A stretch of DNA of 14,893 nucleotides from IMG/VR virus record IMGVR_UViG_3300011738_000001; one strand, given 5' to 3'. Every line of letters starts with the position of its first letter. Position 1 is the stretch's first letter. The notes under the pieces are model-generated. The model was given only the letters and a program-made list of their open reading frames with translations. It was not told the origin of the DNA and did no database searches. Both the position numbers and the translations under genes were made by a program. The stretch is from a virus. This document shows positions 1 through 5,914 of this stretch, piece by piece.

Positions 1-77
1 GTTATTGCTTGTGGTGTCATCAGCAAACGCTACGAATTGGCGAGAATCCTCGTTACCCAACTTTGCGCGTACTGAGT
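1..77. repeat. Terminal direct overlap, copy 1 (identical to 14817-14893)
   Basis: Compared base by base: 1-77 equals 14817-14893. The copies are in direct orientation and flush with both window ends. 77 is a common assembler k-mer, so this looks like a circular-contig overlap rather than a biological repeat. Confidence 0.97.
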
Positions 78-693
78 GTTCCAAGTATGTAGCTTTGTCC
101 ACGATTGGAGAGCGTGGGCGGGTGTAAGTCAAAGGCTGAGCAACTGGAGCTGCTGCCTTTACTTCTGCTGCCTCTACCGATACCTCAGTATCAGCGGCAA
201 CTTCTGGAGTATCGGTCATATCTGACCCTTCCTTTTCTGTGTTTGGATCATCTGAGGCAGCTACCTCAGAAACTCTTGCGCTGTCGATTGCAGGGCTTTC
301 AACTAGCGAAACTTCCTCAAGTGTGCTGGCAGTAATTACCATTACACCGTCTTTAATTTCATATTCATCAACCATAATGCCTACACTAAAGCCGTCGCGT
401 AATCCTTCGGCTGCCTCTACTAACGCGTCAGATCCAGCATTAGTTTTGCCTATCTTAAATACAGCATCAATACCCGTTTGGGTTTCGTTGTATTCTAAAA
501 CTTTACCTATGGCTCCGCGTGGCCTATCGTGTTCTAAAAATAATTTAACGTTTTTTAAAGCTATCGAGTTAGGTGCAAATTTAGTGCGACCTGCTGATGT
601 TCTACCTTCTTCGTTCCAGGTAACTATTGTGCCTGATATTGTGCGTGAATCGCTATCGGCAGCTGTAACTGCTACTGGGAATGTTAATTTCAT
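1..693 (-). CDS. N-terminal part of a protease-major capsid fusion ORF: HK97-type prohead protease domain plus acidic linker; continues across the junction into 14816->13986
   Basis: The ATG at 693-691 overlaps the portal stop (ATGA). My own translation is MKLTFPVAVTAADSDSRTISGTIVTWNEEGRTSAGRTKFAPNSIALKNVKLFLEHDRPRGAIGKV...GLRDGFSVGIMVDE...LEEVSLVESPAIDSARV, followed by an Asp/Glu/Ala-rich linker. LEHD, GFSVG and EVSLVxxPA are the hallmark His, Ser and C-terminal motifs of prohead protease family S78/U35. There is no stop codon before base 1. 693 nt is exactly 231 codons, and the frame matches the capsid ORF in the second repeat copy. The ORF track missed it because it is cut by the window edge. 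Confidence 0.85.
   Translation of the reverse strand, partial: MKLTFPVAVTAADSDSRTISGTIVTWNEEGRTSAGRTKFAPNSIALKNVKLFLEHDRPRGAIGKVLEYNETQTGIDAVFKIGKTNAGSDALVEAAEGLRDGFSVGIMVDEYEIKDGVMVITASTLEEVSLVESPAIDSARVSEVAASDDPNTEKEGSDMTDTPEVAADTEVSVEAAEVKAAAPVAQPLTYTRPRSPIVDKATYLEHSVRAKLGNEDSRQFVAFADDTTSNN
217..234 (-). promoter_or_regulatory. Candidate internal ribosome-binding site plus in-frame ATG (Met159) inside the protease-capsid ORF
   Basis: The minus strand reads GAAAAGGAAGGGTCAGATATGACC. AAGGAAGG (234-227) sits 7 nt upstream of the ATG at 219-217, just after the protease domain ends. Initiation here would give a 349-aa capsid precursor without the protease. Confidence 0.4.
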
Positions 694-1826
694 AATACTA
701 AGTCCTCTGCTCTGCGTATTTCATCAACTGATAAGACACCTATTCGGTTTAGTACCTCATAGACTTGGGCGCGCTCTAGTGGGTTACCACGCAAGAAGTC
801 ATCTAGCGCATATCTGACTGTTTGCGTCTGTGGCGTAAAGTCTGGCTGATCTAAACGCTGTTCGATCTGTGTAAGTATTGGGCGAAGGCTAAAGTCAACC
901 AAAGCCCTACGTTCTGACGTTACGTTTGAGTAAGTCATAGAATTAGTGTCTGCTGAAACGTACCAGGCAGGTATGTTCATAAGTCTAGCGATCTCAGTTG
1001 CAAGGTATTGACGTGCTTCGGTAAGTTGCAAAGACTTAGGATCAAAGCCAACAGATGTCATTTCAATGTCAGCATTAAGAAACGCTGTACCGCGTGTTTG
1101 ACGTGATTGTTTCCAGGCTTCCAGCAATTTGCTAATTCGCTCAGCTGGTAAATTAGCGCCAGTTGATTTAAGCGCGATAGTTGGTGTTGGCTCTAAAGCA
1201 AAATTGTATGCAGCCTTTTCTAATTCTAGGGCTGTCTTAATTGTGCGACCACCTCGAGTCAAGATACCTTCGTCACCACTAAAGACGACTAGCGATCCGA
1301 CACCTTGAGTAGGTAACTTGCCAACTAAATCTAAATCGTATGCAACGATCTCTGTACCTTGAGCGTTTAACTCAGGCACTACTCTAATTGGGTCAATGCG
1401 AGTCCAAGACTTAATACGGTTTGGATATTCCTCGTACACTTCAAGCACTTGACCATAAGCAACGCCGTAAAAAATTAAATCCTCAACTAGTAATCTGTAA
1501 ATTGTTTGTCCAGGCACTCTAGGATCAGGCTGGTTAATAACTTTAGGTGGCATTAGTACAGATCCGTCAATGCGTGACCGTACTTCAAGCGGAATAGAGC
1601 TAATAGTGCCTGCAATTATGTTTTTGGCTCTAGCAACTGCTGGAACTTGGACTGCAAGATCACGACTAATAGTCGGAGCTAGTCCGTAATTAAATACTGC
1701 CTGCTGTATTAGATTTGCAGGCGCAAGAGCTGCCACTAGATCGGCAGTTGATTGACTGTCAATATGTGACATAGTTTGAGTTGCGCGTAATGCGTCAAAT
1801 AATCCCATTGTAAGAGATTGTAACAT
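690..1826 (-). CDS. Portal protein (HK97-type)
   Basis: 378-aa ORF between the large terminase and the protease, which is the canonical position. Its size and general sequence character fit the Phage_portal family. Its stop overlaps the protease start (ATGA). Confidence 0.8.
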   Translation of the reverse strand: MLQSLTMGLFDALRATQTMSHIDSQSTADLVAALAPANLIQQAVFNYGLAPTISRDLAVQVPAVARAKNIIAGTISSIPLEVRSRIDGSVLMPPKVINQPDPRVPGQTIYRLLVEDLIFYGVAYGQVLEVYEEYPNRIKSWTRIDPIRVVPELNAQGTEIVAYDLDLVGKLPTQGVGSLVVFSGDEGILTRGGRTIKTALELEKAAYNFALEPTPTIALKSTGANLPAERISKLLEAWKQSRQTRGTAFLNADIEMTSVGFDPKSLQLTEARQYLATEIARLMNIPAWYVSADTNSMTYSNVTSERRALVDFSLRPILTQIEQRLDQPDFTPQTQTVRYALDDFLRGNPLERAQVYEVLNRIGVLSVDEIRRAEDLVL

Positions 1827-1837
1827 ACTGCAAGCGG

Positions 1838-3304
1838 TTACACCACAATAATATCTACGTCAGAATATTGGCGTGTCGCAACAGATACGACCATAGCAGT
1901 AGCAACCGCAGCTGTGACGTTTTCGTTACTTGCTCGTCTGCCAATAATCCAGCCACCGTCTGCAAAGTTAATCCTGGCACTTGACGCGATATGACGATTG
2001 AGTACCTGCTGGTCACCGTGTCTTAATCTGCCAGCTTCCATAGCGTTAAGTAACTGATCACAAGCCAAAGCAAAGTCTCGTCCGTCAATAGCTTTAGCCA
2101 ATATGCCACCTGAATTAAGGCGACTAGCTACGGCACTACCTGTATTCTTACTAAACTGAATCTCGGTCACGTCATAAGCCCTGCACCAGTCAGCAACACC
2201 GTTAGCCATTTCAAGATCGTCAATACTTGTTTCAGATTTCCATTCTTGGACTAAGCCAACCGCTATCTTGCCGTCATCTAGGACTTGAGCGCCAACTAGA
2301 GCTGCGTGATTTCGTCTAGGCGTAATGTCAAAGGCAAAGTAAGTAGGTTTGCCAGGCTCTAGCGATAATTCGAGATCAGCGCAATTAGTCCAGGCAGCAG
2401 GTGACCAAGGCGACTGCAAAGTTTCAACAAATTGGCAAAGGCACTCAGTACGCACGACCGCTTCAGGCTCATTCTTTGTAGCCATTAGGTTATCTATGTG
2501 AATTGTTCTACCCAAGGCAGGGTTAGCCGATTGCCAGGCGCTCATATCGTCAAGACTGCAACCCATAGGAGCTGACCACTCAAGCCAAAGCAAAGAATCT
2601 TTAGCACCTGCCATAGTTGCCATACCGCGTTCGCGTAATTGGTTAAGCACGATTGAGGTAGAGTCGCCTGCGTTGCTAAAGCCCATAAGCATAGGATTTG
2701 CAGCTGCTAGTTGAGTCTTAGTGATCGCAGACCAAGCGGCATAGTCTTTATGTTCTCGTAATTCGTCGAGGTAGATTGTTTCAGCACCGGCATATCCTCT
2801 ACCAGCTGAGTTATTAGCCACTACCTTAAACCTAGCGCCCGATAGCATTTGGATTTCCTCTTGCCCATTAGCCCGGCGCAGCTTCTTAACCTGTTTGGCT
2901 AAGTGATCGTAATTCTCAAAAAGTTCTACTACCTGGTTAAAGTGTTCTAGCGATACTGCCAATTTATGAGCTGAGAGGATCTGCAACTTCTCGCCCCATT
3001 CGGTCAAACCAAGCGCTATTCGTAATCTCATTAGGTGCGACTTGCCGTTTTGCCTAGATACTAAAGCAACTACCTGACTATTAGCCCACCGACCGTCAGG
3101 CTTGACTCGATGTGCCTCAGTTGCCACTAATTCTTGCCAGGGCATTAACGGCATATCCAAACTATTAGCAAAGTCGATCAACTCTTGACCCTTTGTAGGT
3201 AGATCATCTGTAAAGGGTGTGTGCAACCTCGGTTTTGTTTGTCCTAATAGGAGTTCGTTCGTACTACTAGGTGTCGTCAGGCTTTGATCGGTTTCTTTAA
3301 GCAT
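1838..3304 (-). CDS. terL: Terminase large subunit
   Basis: 488 aa. Carries a Walker A-like VSRQNGKS, a Walker B-like IYLDELREH, and the PWQ motif typical of Terminase_1 N-termini. Lies directly upstream of the portal gene. Confidence 0.9.
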   Translation of the reverse strand: MLKETDQSLTTPSSTNELLLGQTKPRLHTPFTDDLPTKGQELIDFANSLDMPLMPWQELVATEAHRVKPDGRWANSQVVALVSRQNGKSHLMRLRIALGLTEWGEKLQILSAHKLAVSLEHFNQVVELFENYDHLAKQVKKLRRANGQEEIQMLSGARFKVVANNSAGRGYAGAETIYLDELREHKDYAAWSAITKTQLAAANPMLMGFSNAGDSTSIVLNQLRERGMATMAGAKDSLLWLEWSAPMGCSLDDMSAWQSANPALGRTIHIDNLMATKNEPEAVVRTECLCQFVETLQSPWSPAAWTNCADLELSLEPGKPTYFAFDITPRRNHAALVGAQVLDDGKIAVGLVQEWKSETSIDDLEMANGVADWCRAYDVTEIQFSKNTGSAVASRLNSGGILAKAIDGRDFALACDQLLNAMEAGRLRHGDQQVLNRHIASSARINFADGGWIIGRRASNENVTAAVATAMVVSVATRQYSDVDIIVV

Positions 3305-3314
3305 TTAACGGATC

Positions 3315-3623
3315 TTAGTCCGGTTGCTTGAACGGCGAAGGAACGCGCTCAGTTTGATTTGGGGGTAAAAAGGAAAGGGGGGGTCGTGGGTGTCCTTTGC
3401 TCCTAAAAAAAGCCCCAGGGGCTGTTGTACGGTCTTTCTTGCCACTATTACAGGATATGCAAGCGGCCACTAGATTGTTCTCGTCGTGCATAGCACCGCC
3501 CTTAGATATGGGCTGTATGTGATCCACAGTTGTAGCTGTACCACCACAATAGTAGCAGCAGTAATCATCACGCTTTAATACTATGAGTCTTATCTTGCGC
3601 CAACGCTTATCGTATGTTGCCAT
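3315..3623 (-). CDS. HNH endonuclease (packaging-associated)
   Basis: Contains RDDYCCYYCGG...VDHIQPISKGG...NLVAACISCNSGK, i.e. the CxxC / DH / N / CxxC HNH zinc-finger pattern. The ORF track starts at 3656. I prefer the ATG at 3623-3621 (MATYDKRWRKIR), which forms a TAATG overlap with the upstream gene stop. The C-terminal ~40 aa are Pro-rich and of low complexity. Confidence 0.85.
   Translation of the reverse strand: MATYDKRWRKIRLIVLKRDDYCCYYCGGTATTVDHIQPISKGGAMHDENNLVAACISCNSGKKDRTTAPGAFFRSKGHPRPPLSFLPPNQTERVPSPFKQPD
3405..3423 (-). terminator. Terminator-like hairpin plus T-run embedded in the 3' part of the HNH ORF
   Basis: The minus strand reads AGCCC-CTG-GGGCT followed by TTTTTT. On the plus strand this is A7 at 3405-3411 and the palindrome agccccaggggct at 3411-3423. 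It lies inside coding sequence (APGAFFRSK), so function is uncertain. Confidence 0.25.
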
Positions 3624-3967
3624 TAGTACCAATTGTGGCGCTGATGATGAACCCAAGCATTACACCAGTTCTGGTATCTATGCTGTATGTATTCACTAAC
3701 CAACCTAAGCTGCCTTCGCATTGTCCAATTATCGGATTGAGTATGACCCAATTGGAATACACCCCAGTATTGCTTGTCCCTAGATAAAGCGAATTGGTTA
3801 AATCTTGATTCTTTGTATGCGATTGATAAAGCGCAATTGGCATTAGTACGATCATAGCTTCTACTTACATACCGTTCTATGCGTTTATCCACAGGTAAGG
3901 GTTGTTCAATACTAGGCTTTTGTGAGTAAAGCATTATGGTTATCAACATATCCACAAGCATAAGCAA
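3623..3967 (-). CDS. Lysozyme-like / SLT-type lytic transglycosylase domain protein
   Basis: LSIAYKESRFNQFALSRDKQYWGVFQLGHTQ matches the ES-x-F-N-x-x-A-x-S...G-x-x-Q signature of SLT and c-type lysozyme folds (catalytic Glu in KES). The start is uncertain: TTG at 3967, or ATG at 3961 preceded by AGGG. The stop overlaps the HNH ATG (TAATG). Confidence 0.6.
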   Translation of the reverse strand: MLMLVDMLITIMLYSQKPSIEQPLPVDKRIERYVSRSYDRTNANCALSIAYKESRFNQFALSRDKQYWGVFQLGHTQSDNWTMRRQLRLVSEYIQHRYQNWCNAWVHHQRHNWY

Positions 3968-4125
3968 ACCCTAATTAAATCGCTTAGGCAAGAGTTCGCC
4001 CTTCGGGGCGCTCTGCCTGGCCTCGGAAGCCGCTGACGCTGCCTGCTGAGTGTAATGCTTTGTCAAGTTTAAGCAAGTGATACACGGTTTATTCGCGTGT
4101 CGCCACGCACCGCACACACATCTAC
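3968..4125 (-). promoter_or_regulatory. GC-rich structured non-coding region between the early module and the packaging module (candidate regulatory / cos-pac region)
   Basis: No ORF on either strand. It is visibly more GC-rich than the flanks. On the minus strand it holds two hairpins, duplicated CAGGCAG motifs, and a weak promoter-like pair: TTGCTT (4076-4071), a 16-nt spacer, then TACACT (4054-4049). Confidence 0.4.
3987..4017 (-). terminator. Long bulged hairpin with UUCG/CGAA tetraloop
   Basis: The plus strand folds as ggc-a-agag-tt-cgccc-ttcg-gggcg-ctct-gcc, giving 12 paired positions with two small bulges. On the coding strand it lies about 110 nt downstream of the nuclease-like gene stop. 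There is no clean U-tract, so the terminator role is tentative. Confidence 0.35.
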
Positions 4126-4545
4126 TTATCTTAAAATCGGAAGTTCCCATATCTTTTCAGCCTCACTTGTATGTAAGTAGCCAATCATTTTAGGTATCTT
4201 GGTTTGGTTGCCGAAGGTAGTTGCTGGCATAAGCTCAGACACCCACTCAGGGCTATGGTTAATTAGATTAAATGCAAATACTCCGTTTGGTGTTGAGCAT
4301 ACATAGTATGGCACATATCTGCCTAGAAAGGCAGTAGTAACCAACCTTTGATATTTGGTGTATTCGATCAGCAGCTTGTCGTAATGGGTGCGCCTGCATT
4401 TAAGTTCAACATACATATTAAAGCGCTTAGACCAGCAGTCATAGACTGAGTATGGATTAGGGCTGGCAGTTAAATCGGGAACTATGTTTCTTAGGTAGTT
4501 AAATAGGTCGTATTCAGTCTGTATCATCATCACTCCAATCGTCAT
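4126..4545 (-). CDS. PD-(D/E)xK nuclease-fold protein (possible resolvase/endonuclease)
   Basis: 139 aa. VYDCWSKRFNMYVELKCR gives D-x11-E-L-K, the core PD-(D/E)xK arrangement, and a nearby KYQRL is reminiscent of the QxxxY motif. The start may instead be the ATG at 4527, which is preceded by GGAG at 5 nt. Confidence 0.45.
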   Translation of the reverse strand: MTIGVMMIQTEYDLFNYLRNIVPDLTASPNPYSVYDCWSKRFNMYVELKCRRTHYDKLLIEYTKYQRLVTTAFLGRYVPYYVCSTPNGVFAFNLINHSPEWVSELMPATTFGNQTKIPKMIGYLHTSEAEKIWELPILR

Positions 4546-4577
4546 AATATGGACGACTAGGTATTATCTCTATTGGT

Positions 4578-4718
4578 TCATTGGGCGTAATAGTCACAAG
4601 CCACCTCTTTCAACGCCTGTTTCATAACCAGTAATGCGTTTAGCTGCTGCTGTTGCATTTCAATCATTGTAGCTATTATTGACTCCATTGAATCTAGCTT
4701 TTCACTTATTGTCATCAT
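4578..4718 (-). CDS. Small 46-aa helical protein (not in the ORF track)
   Basis: My own translation is MMTISEKLDSMESIIATMIEMQQQQLNALLVMKQALKEVACDYYAQ. The ATG at 4718 follows a GAGAGAG purine run and overlaps the end of the zinc-finger gene. The ORF fills an otherwise empty 156-nt gap in a genome with almost no non-coding DNA. Confidence 0.35.
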   Translation of the reverse strand: MMTISEKLDSMESIIATMIEMQQQQLNALLVMKQALKEVACDYYAQ

Positions 4719-4911
4719 CACTCTCTCTCATTTCTTGTCTAAATAGACCATTACCTAAGCAACGATCACAGGTTTCTTTGGTTTCTTTGATCTCGCCATT
4801 GTCATTGTCAAACTTGAGCCAATAGCCCATACCTACACAGGCTGGACACTCATTGGCGTCAGCAAACTCATTAGGTAACGTGTACATAAGCGGCATACCC
4901 TCTAGGCTCAT
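4702..4911 (-). CDS. Small DnaJ-type zinc-finger protein (two CxxCxGxG motifs)
   Basis: 69 aa with CPACVGMG and CDRCLGNG, both exact matches to the CxxCxGxG repeat of the DnaJ cysteine-rich domain. Has an acidic C-terminus. Its start overlaps the upstream stop (ATGA). Confidence 0.65.
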   Translation of the reverse strand: MSLEGMPLMYTLPNEFADANECPACVGMGYWLKFDNDNGEIKETKETCDRCLGNGLFRQEMRESDDDNK

Positions 4912-5579
4912 TTAAGGCTCTCAATCAGCTGTGAAGCATTAGCCCTAGATAACTGGTTAAGGCTTTCAACTTTGTAGCCTAGCTCTTTAGTTGCATATTC
5001 GTATGCGTCTAGTGCCTTTTCTGAACATAACTTTCGAATAAACCCTAATTGCTTAGGTGTTGCTGGCATATTGGTTGAGTTAATCACCGCTTTAGGCTCA
5101 GGTGGATTATCTGAAGGTGTCCAGGTATTCCAATCGCCAAACGGATCATCTAGTGGCTCGGGTGGTAATGGCAGGTCACTACCCCAGTCAAGCGGATTAG
5201 CGTCTTTGACTGCCTGGATCTCAGGCTTTACCATTTGCACTACCTTTGCCATTTCAGTACGGCTAGGGCGTGTTTTCTTAGGATCGCTGCCCTGGTAACC
5301 CATATTGGCTAATGCTCTACCTACTGCTGATGTTTCGCAATTCTCTAACGCAGCTGTGCGATTAACTGGACTGCTCCCGACTATTTCCTCAGCCCAACCA
5401 GTTGCCTTTAGCAGATCACCTATCCATATCTCCGCTTTGCAGACATACTGAATAGGCATACCCTCTTTGTTGCGTTCTATGTGGATCAGGGAAGTAACCA
5501 CACGAAGGTTTAGGTATTCTTTATGAGCTGCGTCTAAGCGTTCGGCTACTGTTTCGTAGTTATCAAGATTAAAGCCCAT
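4908..5579 (-). CDS. Rad52-family single-strand annealing protein (Sak-like recombinase) with C-terminal helical module
   Basis: NRTAALENCETSAVGRALANMGY aligns in spacing with the conserved Rad52 helix KEAVTDGLKRALRSFGN (T-x4-RAL-x3-G). The N-terminal NYETVAERLD and the beta-rich stretch fit the family. The C-terminal TPKQLGFIRKL...LSRANASQLIESL is a separate small helical domain. Confidence 0.6.
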   Translation of the reverse strand: MGFNLDNYETVAERLDAAHKEYLNLRVVTSLIHIERNKEGMPIQYVCKAEIWIGDLLKATGWAEEIVGSSPVNRTAALENCETSAVGRALANMGYQGSDPKKTRPSRTEMAKVVQMVKPEIQAVKDANPLDWGSDLPLPPEPLDDPFGDWNTWTPSDNPPEPKAVINSTNMPATPKQLGFIRKLCSEKALDAYEYATKELGYKVESLNQLSRANASQLIESLK

Positions 5580-5757
5580 AGCGTGCCCAATCGTAAATAA
5601 TCTTGCTGTGTGCTTGCTTCTCTCGGCTTATGTCGCCTAGTAATTGCTGATACTTTTCAGCTTCCATTTGACCCTTTAGCTTGCCTAATGCAAACCAAGT
5701 ACCAGTCCAGATAAATAAGATCACTAGCCATAAAGCCAGCTGTAATACTTCTAGCAT
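5569..5757 (-). CDS. Small membrane protein, first gene of the early module
   Basis: 62 aa. One clear hydrophobic helix (LQLALWLVILFIWTGTWFALG) is followed by a charged helical tail. GGAG lies 5 nt upstream of the ATG. Confidence 0.55.
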   Translation of the reverse strand: MLEVLQLALWLVILFIWTGTWFALGKLKGQMEAEKYQQLLGDISREKQAHSKIIYDWARYGL

Positions 5758-5883
5758 ATCTACTCCGTCTCTTAGTAGCGGCGATTTACCGCCTAGACAG
5801 ATCTAAGCACTTATGGGAGACACTTGCAAGGTGGTTAGTCAAACACTATGATTTGGCGTGTCGGAACCGTCTCAATTCTGACG
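5758..5883 (-). promoter_or_regulatory. Intergenic region upstream of the early module (candidate early promoter)
   Basis: One of only two non-coding gaps over 100 nt. The minus strand contains TTGACT (5842-5837) without a good -10. It also has TTGCAA (5829-5824), a 17-nt spacer, then TTAGAT (5806-5801). Both are weak matches. Confidence 0.3.
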
Positions 5884-5914
5884 CCCCCTAGTGACTCTCT
5901 GCTAGGGGGTTTTT
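5884..5914. terminator. GC-rich hairpin at the end of the late operon; T-tract lies on the plus strand
   Basis: ccccctag (5884-5891) pairs perfectly with ctaggggg (5902-5909) around a 10-nt loop, followed by ttttt (5910-5914) on the plus strand. On the minus (coding) strand it sits immediately after the phosphoesterase stop, preceded by A5 and followed by CGTCAG. Confidence 0.55.

Noticed and set aside
1-77. Considered the 77-nt terminal repeat as a biological direct terminal repeat, or as the boundary of a mobile element
   Set aside because: It is exactly flush with both window ends, its length equals a standard assembler k-mer, and it lies in the middle of an essential ORF. An assembly overlap of a circular or circularly permuted molecule is the simpler explanation. 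True physical termini need read-end analysis.
239-817. 192-aa plus-strand ORF (also 105-335)
   Set aside because: It lies antisense to the protease domain and portal 3' end, which carry clear catalytic motifs. Its translation is Ser/Leu/Thr-rich, low complexity and has no recognisable motif. It is a typical shadow ORF.
3607-3855. 82-aa minus-strand ORF overlapping 3623-3967 in another frame
   Set aside because: The competing frame carries the ES...GVFQL lysozyme/SLT signature and ends in a TAATG junction with the HNH start. This frame has no motif and would overlap the HNH gene awkwardly.
3623-3967. Considered calling the 114-aa ORF the small terminase because of its position
   Set aside because: Its sequence shows a transglycosylase-type catalytic motif and nothing resembling a TerS DNA-binding or oligomerisation domain. 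Position alone is insufficient.
4061-4066. Perfect TTGACA -35 hexamer on the minus strand
   Set aside because: There is no acceptable -10 element at 16-19 nt downstream (the sequence there is GGCAGC), so I do not call a promoter from it.
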